Shown here in pieces: positions 27,101-33,498 of a stretch of DNA of 64,000 nt; position 1 is the stretch's first letter, and every line of letters begins with the position of its first letter. A model generated the notes under the pieces. The model was given only the letters and a program-made list of their open reading frames with translations. It had not been told where the DNA came from and made no database searches. Source of the DNA: Candidatus Peregrinibacteria bacterium GW2011_GWC2_39_14 (GTDB lineage Bacteria > Patescibacteriota > Gracilibacteria > UBA1369 > UBA12463); assembly GCA_000993595.1 (NCBI GenBank), contig LBWJ01000009.1, positions 5,935-69,934 of the forward strand. Direction: 5' to 3'. Made by a program: the position numbers and the translations under genes.

Positions 27101-27883
27101 TTATTTATTGTAAAAATTAATAATTTTCTGTATTCGCTCAAGATATATCGGCAAAACAGAAAAACTTGCGAGTACTTCTTCGCGAGTAATATCAATACCA
27201 GTCGGGTGACCGGAATCATCTCTACCCTTTTTGATTAGATCATAAATACCATTAAATGTTTGCTCAATGTTATTTTTTATATCAGGAGATAAATCATTTT
27301 TATGTGGCTCAAATTCCTTTTTAAAATCTTCCCGTAACTGCTGAAATGGCTTGAATTTAACTGGAATAATCGTAACTCTATATTTTTTCTCAAAAGTTGA
27401 AATCAGCTGTAAAAAGGCCTCTTCAGAAGCGACTCCCAACATAACTGCCGTTGCTCTATACGCACCACCTCGAAAACATTTAATAGCTTCATGGATGTAT
27501 TCCAGTGCCAACTCGCTGATTCCGGCTGCTTTTGTCTTTATGTGATCAAGATAGCCTGCCGGATCATAAGGAACTGGACATTCCGCTTCAGCAACTTTTT
27601 TTCCATATTCCGTTACGCGAAGCCAAGGATAACCTTGAGAAGTAAAGGTTACAATTCCTTGGACCACTAAGTCCCACACAATACCTGCAATTTCTTCGCG
27701 TTGCTCGTTAGTCAAATGATAACCACCACCTTCTCTAGTGCCAGTGGCAATAAATTTTGCTTCTTTGTCTACCCCGTCAATTACACCAAGCATCTGTATC
27801 TGAACACGTGGAACAGACATTTGCTTTTTAAAATATTGTAATACGAATTTGTAGAGTTCTTGTTGTGTGATTGAATTCCCCAT
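27101..27883 (-). CDS. Hypothetical protein with a candidate HEPN-type Rx4H motif
   Basis: 260 aa. It lies between KilA-N and hsdS, and its stop abuts the hsdS start (TAAATG). A helical C-terminal half ends in KKGRDDSGHPTG (R-x4-H). Confidence 0.35.
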   Translation of the reverse strand: MGNSITQQELYKFVLQYFKKQMSVPRVQIQMLGVIDGVDKEAKFIATGTREGGGYHLTNEQREEIAGIVWDLVVQGIVTFTSQGYPWLRVTEYGKKVAEAECPVPYDPAGYLDHIKTKAAGISELALEYIHEAIKCFRGGAYRATAVMLGVASEEAFLQLISTFEKKYRVTIIPVKFKPFQQLREDFKKEFEPHKNDLSPDIKNNIEQTFNGIYDLIKKGRDDSGHPTGIDITREEVLASFSVLPIYLERIQKIINFYNK

Positions 27884-27982
27884 ACTTATTCATTTTTAGT
27901 AGCATTTGCAAGCAAAATCCCTTGTTTTTGCCTTATTCAAGCCAATTTTACTTTTACTTGCTTTGGTCGATGCAAGTAAAAA

Positions 27983-28861
27983 TTACTTACTCGATTCTGA
28001 CGTATCGCGATTAAGACTTTTTTCCAACTTTTTAATTGATGGGTTATTAATCAAGGCTTTCATTTGCGTGATCGCAATCCCATTTAACTTAGCGAGCCTG
28101 TTGGCTTGCGAAAAACCATCAATAATATATTGAGCATTGAGAGACTCCATGTTTACCAACACAACAAGCTGTTCAACTGTGGCATAATCTCTAATGTTCC
28201 CCTCTTTCCCTTTATTCTTGTCGCGCCATTCCTTAGCACTCATCCCAAACAAAGCAACATTCAAAATATCCCCCTCATTGGCATAAATGTGACTTGAAGT
28301 TTTTGGGCTTATCTTTTGAGGTATCAAGTGTCCCTTAATAGCATCGGTGTGGATTCGATAATTAACTTTGGCCAACATTCTTTTTACGTCCCAACCGGAC
28401 TCAATTCTTGACTTCTCCTCCTCTTTTAACCGCTGAAATTCTTTAATTAGATATAGTTTGAATTTTGGATTGATCCACATCCCAAATTCAAAGGCTATGT
28501 CTTTGTGGGCATAAGTGCCTCCATACCTACCCGCAGTGGCTTTAAGACCTATGGCATTGGTTTTTTGGACCCATTCTTTAGCGCTGATCTTGAAGCTATT
28601 CAACCCTGCTTGACTTTTAATTATGGCGAATTCGCCATAATTAAAATCCGGATTGTTAACGCTTTCCCATATCCCCAGAAATTCAACAGTATTCCTGTTC
28701 CTTAGCCAATCAGAGATGAAAAAATCTCCATCTTTTGCCTTTAGCATATCTGTCAAAGACAAATAATCTTGATCTCCCTTAGATATAAATGAAATTTTGG
28801 TTCCTTCAACTATTATTTTTTTGGTTGGTGCCATGTTTTTTAGGTTATAATTTTGTCCCAA
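27983..28861 (-). CDS. KilA-N domain protein
   Basis: 292 aa. DYLSLTDMLKAKDGDFFISDWLRNRNTVEFLGIWE..RYGGTYAHKDIAFEFGMWINPKFKLYL is a KilA-N/ORF6N-type block. It overlaps hsdM by 22 nt. Confidence 0.8.
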   Translation of the reverse strand: MGQNYNLKNMAPTKKIIVEGTKISFISKGDQDYLSLTDMLKAKDGDFFISDWLRNRNTVEFLGIWESVNNPDFNYGEFAIIKSQAGLNSFKISAKEWVQKTNAIGLKATAGRYGGTYAHKDIAFEFGMWINPKFKLYLIKEFQRLKEEEKSRIESGWDVKRMLAKVNYRIHTDAIKGHLIPQKISPKTSSHIYANEGDILNVALFGMSAKEWRDKNKGKEGNIRDYATVEQLVVLVNMESLNAQYIIDGFSQANRLAKLNGIAITQMKALINNPSIKKLEKSLNRDTSESSK

Positions 28862-30420
28862 TCATCCGCGATTTTCTTTTCTAACTCGTGCGATTCAGCA
28901 GTAAGAGCAGTGAATTCGCCCATCAGTTCCTTCATTCTTACATCAAAATCCACATCACTCATTTCTTTTTCTACAATTTCCACGTATCGCCCAGGATTAA
29001 GTGAATAGTCATTGGCGCGCACTTCTTCAAGTGTTGCCACTTTACACCTACCTTTTATGTCTTCGTATTTCTCTTCGCCTCCTTCCTCACGATAACGACG
29101 GACAATGTCGGCTATTTCTTGAATTTGCTCATCAGTCCATTCACTATGAGCACGATCAATCGGAGTGAAAATATCTTGAGCATTGATAAATAAAACCTTA
29201 TTTTGCCTGTCGGTGTCCGCCTTTCGTTTATCAAAAAACCAAAGGGTGCAGGAAAGAGTGGCATTCATAAACATATTGGTACCTACCGAAACGATCACAT
29301 CTACCATTCCATCATCAATCATCTTTTTACGAATTTCTTTTTCTGCATTGCCTGCATCACTGGCTGAATTTGCCATAACAAAGCCAGCTCGACCTTGCGG
29401 ATTAAGAGCACTGGCAAACATTTGCATCCAAAGATAATTGGCATTTGAGATATCTCCCTGACCAGTAATAGGAAGCCCGATATAGTAGCGCGGATCACCT
29501 TTGATTTTTGCCGCATCAATCACTGTTTGTTTATTCTTGTCTTTACCTTTGACGTTAAACGGCGGATTTGCGAGTACAAAATCAAAAGTACCGACACTGC
29601 TAAAAGCATCTTCATAGAAAGAATTAACTTCGGCGATCTTGCCAGACAAACCATGGATTGCTAGATTCATTTTGGCAGTGCGGATATTGCTTGAACCTTT
29701 TTCTTGGCCATAGATCGCAATTTCATTCATTATTTTTGCCGTTTTAGCATGTGCTTTCACAAAGTTTGCAGATTGCACAAACATTCCACCACTTCCACAG
29801 GCAGGATCCAAAATTTTTCCATGATATGGCTCAATAATCTCAACCAGTAATTTAACTATAGATTGTGGAGTGAAAAATTCTCCGCCTTTCGCACCTTCAG
29901 AACGTGCAAATTCACCAAGAAAGTATTCATATATTTCTCCAAAAGCATCGCCCGCTATATCGTCTGGGATTTGATTGAAGTTTTTGAGGAGCGTAATCAG
30001 TATCTGGCTGTTTTCACCAGGGATCTTGTGAAGAGAGGTAAAATCTTGAGGTAATACACCGGCAAGATCAGTGTTCTTCGCCTCAATTTCTTTCATCGCA
30101 TTGTTGACTGCTAAACCTATATTCTCACTCTCGGGAAGACTCATGAGATATGAATAAGTAGCAATTTCAGGCAAAAATAGCACGCCTTTTGATTTGTAGT
30201 GGTCAGGGGTAAGAGGAGCTTGTCTACCTTGCGTGTTATTTTTGCGCTCGGCTTCCATTTCCGCCTGAGCTCGTTTAAATCTGACATCGGCAAATTTCAG
30301 GAATATTAAACCCAGAATCGGTTCAGAGATTTCGTTGAGCTTTAATCCAGAGTTAGCACGAAGCTGTACTGCCGCAGACCAGAGTCTTTCATGAAGTTGG
30401 GTTCTGTTATTTGTTGCCAT
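28840..30420 (-). CDS. hsdM: Type I R-M DNA methyltransferase subunit (N6-adenine)
   Basis: 526 aa. ILDPACGSGGMF is motif I and LANPPFN is motif IV, with an N-terminal HsdM_N-like helix bundle. Confidence 0.95.
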   Translation of the reverse strand: MATNNRTQLHERLWSAAVQLRANSGLKLNEISEPILGLIFLKFADVRFKRAQAEMEAERKNNTQGRQAPLTPDHYKSKGVLFLPEIATYSYLMSLPESENIGLAVNNAMKEIEAKNTDLAGVLPQDFTSLHKIPGENSQILITLLKNFNQIPDDIAGDAFGEIYEYFLGEFARSEGAKGGEFFTPQSIVKLLVEIIEPYHGKILDPACGSGGMFVQSANFVKAHAKTAKIMNEIAIYGQEKGSSNIRTAKMNLAIHGLSGKIAEVNSFYEDAFSSVGTFDFVLANPPFNVKGKDKNKQTVIDAAKIKGDPRYYIGLPITGQGDISNANYLWMQMFASALNPQGRAGFVMANSASDAGNAEKEIRKKMIDDGMVDVIVSVGTNMFMNATLSCTLWFFDKRKADTDRQNKVLFINAQDIFTPIDRAHSEWTDEQIQEIADIVRRYREEGGEEKYEDIKGRCKVATLEEVRANDYSLNPGRYVEIVEKEMSDVDFDVRMKELMGEFTALTAESHELEKKIADDWDKIIT

Positions 30421-30677
30421 AATTTACTTTATTTAACAAATTATATTGTATTCCATCCCGCTCTATAAATAAACCCACTTTCAGAATAAAGCTGACTGTA
30501 ATTTTGACCCATCTCTCTCTTCCTTTTCTGCGCTATAAATGTCCTTCGACATCATCGTTGCACTGCGTGCAACGCGGTCCGCCTCTCTTCAGCAAAAATA
30601 ATCTTCGCTTTGCTCGACTTATTTTCGCTTCAGAGTCCTGCGCTCCGATTTGCCTCAAGAATTCGGCAAAATCTCCG

Positions 30678-30748
30678 CGCGGGATACGGGAATTGAACCC
30701 GCTTTTTCGCCTTGGGAAGGCGACGTACTACCGGTGTACTAATCCCGC
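30678..30748 (-). tRNA. tRNA-Gly (anticodon CCC)
   Basis: Hand-folded cloverleaf. Acceptor GCGGGAT/ATCCCGC, D stem GTAC/GTAC, anticodon arm TCGCC-TTCCCAA-GGCGA, T arm GCGGG-TTCAATT-CCCGT. 71 nt, no encoded CCA. Confidence 0.85.
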
Positions 30749-30751
30749 GGA

Positions 30752-32059
30752 TTATGATTGAACAAAGAACGGGGCGATTAAGAGGGCGACGTTTAGGATG
30801 GCAAGGACCCAGACTGAAACCCAGCCGAAGATGCGCCAAAAACCTTTGGTGGCGTATTCGCCCATGAGGGCTTGATCTTGGGCGATTTTCATCAAGAAAT
30901 ATAAGAAGAATGGAAGAACCAAACCGTTTGCAACTTGGGAAGCGCGCATTATCATGAGGAGCGGCATACCGGGAATTGCGACTGTGATGACGCCTATAAC
31001 TAAAATGGCTGTAAAGATACCGTAAAATATTGGTGCTTCGCCGAATTTTTTATTCATGCCGAGCTCATATCCAAGAGCTTCACAAATGATATATGCGGTT
31101 GAAAGAGGCAATATGAATGCGCCGAAAATAGATGCGTTCAAAAGGCCGAATGCAAATAAATATGATGCGTATTCCCCTGCGAGAGGTGCGAGAGATAAGC
31201 CAATATCGCCAACATTATTAACCGGAATATTGTGTGCGAAAAGAGTTGCGGCACATGCGACGATCATGAAGAAAGAAAATATATCTGTGAAAATTCCGCC
31301 GATCGTTGTATCAATTTGGCTGTATTTTAAATCTTCTTTTTTGATACCTTTTTCAATTGCGGTTGATTGCAAATAAAAATACATCCATGGCGCGACAGTT
31401 GTACCGACGACACCGACTGTTGTGAATAAAAATGCGCTATCGAATTTTAATGTTGGGATGAGTAAACCTTTAAATGCGGCGCTCCAATCCGGTCCGGCCA
31501 TAAATGCGGAAATTATGTATGTGATATAAAAAAGCGCCATTGTTAAAAACAGCTTTTCTATTGATTTGTATGAGCCTTTTACGATTACGAACCATGCGAG
31601 AATTCCTGATAAAACGACTCCGATAATTGGCAAAACCGTTGTCCAAAATATAGTTTCTCCGCCGATTTGTTTGCCTAAAATATATACGGCGGAAGATATT
31701 CCGGAAAATTCACTTATTGTTGTGCCCATGTTGGAAACGAGAACGAGAGCGAGAACAAAAAGCGTTAATTTGATTCTGAATTTCTCACGAATTAATTCGG
31801 CAAGACCAAGGCGCGTGACTATTCCCGTCTTGGTTGTGATGTTCATTGTGAAAACGAGGAGGATTGTAATCGGAATGAGAGTCCATAGCATGGAATAACC
31901 AAATCTTGCCCCTGCAATTGAATACGTTGCAATTCCACCGGCGTCATTATCGACTTGTCCTGTGATTATTCCGGGTCCAATTATCGCCATCAGAATGGCT
32001 AATTTGGCCCATTTGCTCGCAAGCTTTTGCTTGATTTTTACGAGTAAGGCATTAGACAT
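30752..32059 (-). CDS. NRAMP-family transporter with NRMT-like (Mg-type) site substitutions
   Basis: 435 aa and about 11 TM helices. TM1 reads GPGIITGQVDNDAGGIAT (DPGN replaced by DAGG). TM6 reads GTTVAPWMYFYLQS (AxxMPH replaced by TxVAPW). Confidence 0.8.
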   Translation of the reverse strand: MSNALLVKIKQKLASKWAKLAILMAIIGPGIITGQVDNDAGGIATYSIAGARFGYSMLWTLIPITILLVFTMNITTKTGIVTRLGLAELIREKFRIKLTLFVLALVLVSNMGTTISEFSGISSAVYILGKQIGGETIFWTTVLPIIGVVLSGILAWFVIVKGSYKSIEKLFLTMALFYITYIISAFMAGPDWSAAFKGLLIPTLKFDSAFLFTTVGVVGTTVAPWMYFYLQSTAIEKGIKKEDLKYSQIDTTIGGIFTDIFSFFMIVACAATLFAHNIPVNNVGDIGLSLAPLAGEYASYLFAFGLLNASIFGAFILPLSTAYIICEALGYELGMNKKFGEAPIFYGIFTAILVIGVITVAIPGMPLLMIMRASQVANGLVLPFFLYFLMKIAQDQALMGEYATKGFWRIFGWVSVWVLAILNVALLIAPFFVQS

Positions 32060-33240
32060 CGCATGACATCGTCAACGGTTATTATTCCAAGCAACTTGTG
32101 ATGCTTGTCTGTTACGGCAATTGAAAACAGATTATATTTCGTCATTATTTCAGCAACTTTTTTCACATCTGTGGCAGGATGAACTGTATGAATTTTCTTG
32201 AGCGGCTTCATGATTTTTCGCATTGGATCCATCGGATCCTTAATAAGCAAAGTCCTTGCGGAAATAACTCCAAACAATTTTCCCGCCTTATCAACTATAT
32301 AAACAAAAAATATGGATCTATATTTATTTGAAATATTTTTTATGTGAGTTGTCGCTTCTTCAACCGTCCAATCCGGATCAATTTCAACAAAATCGGAAGT
32401 CATAAGACCACCGGCCGTATCGTTTGGATATTCAATAAATTTTTCAACCGTCATACGTTTATCTCTTTTGAGATAAGAAAAAATACGTTTTGTTTCCTTT
32501 AAGTTAAGCGTTTTTACATAGTCGGCCAAATCATCTGTCGGAACGTTATCAAGAACTTCTCTTGCCTGATCTTCGCCGAGCAAATCAACAAGCAAACGCC
32601 TTTGCATTGGATTTAATTCCTGGAAAACTTTCGCGGCTTTTTCCGGTTCCAAGGCGTTGATAAGCGAAATACCTTGCTTTGGAGTAAGCTCTTCAAGGAT
32701 GTTTGCGAGATCTGCGGCATGCAGTTTTTTCAAATCATTTGAAACCGTTTTAAGACGGAGAGCGCCGTTAACAAGTTGAACATTTTTCCAATCAATCAGT
32801 TTTGGTTCAAGGCTTCTGAATATGCGCCACTTCTCAACTCCAACTCTTCGAAGAAGTCCGCGAGTGCTCATGTCTATGCCAAGAATTCGAATTCGGTCTT
32901 CCACTTTTCCGAGTTGAATGTCGTTAACACGAACAACGCGCGTGCCGGAAATATCTACGATTTGCTTATCAACAATGTCACGATAAAGCCAGAAATCTTT
33001 TAAGCTCGATTTATATTGTTCAATTTTTTCAGAGCGAATTTTTAAAGTTATTTCATCGTATGCAAAATTCTCCGCGTATGAAATTGGAATAAACATTTGC
33101 TTATCGCCCTTCTCCACAACAATGGCTTCAATAAAAGGATAATCCTCTCCACCACGCGCAATCATATCCTTCAATTTCCCAATTGTTTTTTCTGTTGCAT
33201 CAACGACTTCCGCGTTTAAATAGTGCGCGAAGAAAATCAT
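32038..33240 (-). CDS. Soluble PRC-barrel / MgtE_N / CBS-pair protein (MgtE cytoplasmic module without the membrane domain)
   Basis: 400 aa. LHAADLANILEEL..AKVFQEL is MgtE_N. AGGLMTSDF plus two CBS repeats follow. It ends before any TM segment and overlaps the NRAMP gene by 22 nt. Confidence 0.8.
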   Translation of the reverse strand: MIFFAHYLNAEVVDATEKTIGKLKDMIARGGEDYPFIEAIVVEKGDKQMFIPISYAENFAYDEITLKIRSEKIEQYKSSLKDFWLYRDIVDKQIVDISGTRVVRVNDIQLGKVEDRIRILGIDMSTRGLLRRVGVEKWRIFRSLEPKLIDWKNVQLVNGALRLKTVSNDLKKLHAADLANILEELTPKQGISLINALEPEKAAKVFQELNPMQRRLLVDLLGEDQAREVLDNVPTDDLADYVKTLNLKETKRIFSYLKRDKRMTVEKFIEYPNDTAGGLMTSDFVEIDPDWTVEEATTHIKNISNKYRSIFFVYIVDKAGKLFGVISARTLLIKDPMDPMRKIMKPLKKIHTVHPATDVKKVAEIMTKYNLFSIAVTDKHHKLLGIITVDDVMRCLMPYS

Positions 33241-33280
33241 GGGGGTTTGTGTTTTAATGGTACAGGGACATTTTAATGGA

Positions 33281-33320
33281 ATGCGGGGACGGAGGCAAGA
33301 GAGATGCGGGGACGGAGGCA
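33281..33320. repeat. Two copies of the 17-mer ATGCGGGGACGGAGGCA separated by a 6-nt spacer
   Basis: Copies at 33281-33297 and 33304-33320, followed by the perfect palindrome TTTTTGCCCCGGGCAAAAA (about 33322-33340). All lie in the leader of the MgtE_N/NRAMP operon. Confidence 0.8.
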
Positions 33321-33498
33321 GTTTTTGCCCCGGGCAAAAAATATTACGAAATTTTTAAGCTATTGCGTAATAGAGAATTCTGTCACGTGACGGAACTGAT
33401 TCAAATCAAGCTCAGAAGAATTTGCGCAAACATGTAGCTATGTTTCGATATAGATTTTTACCACGCGGCAAGCGTAAATCGATTCGCACGATCAGAAT

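Larger units (their letters stand above)
11696..30420. other. Defence / toxin-antitoxin genomic island abutting tRNA-Gly(CCC); no integrase seen
   Basis: An uninterrupted run of minus-strand accessory genes: NYN, TA modules, RhuM, nucleases, ATPases and type I R-M. It also contains pseudogene debris and internal duplications. It ends about 260 nt from the 3' end of the tRNA. Confidence 0.55.

Noticed and set aside
11696-30420. Island as an intact prophage (KilA-N, Bro/DinD, RhuM present)
   Set aside because: There are no integrase, terminase, capsid, tail or lysis genes. The content is defence and TA genes plus decayed fragments.
33281-33320. The 17-mer repeats as a CRISPR array
   Set aside because: There are only two copies with a 6-nt spacer. 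No cas genes and no further repeats. No CRISPR array was seen anywhere in the window.
33304-33369. Small plus-strand ORFs (21-24 aa) starting at the ATG of each 17-mer, preceded by GGAGG
   Set aside because: They are generated by the repeat itself and lie antisense to the operon leader, with no terminator or conservation evidence available. They are noted only as a remote possibility.
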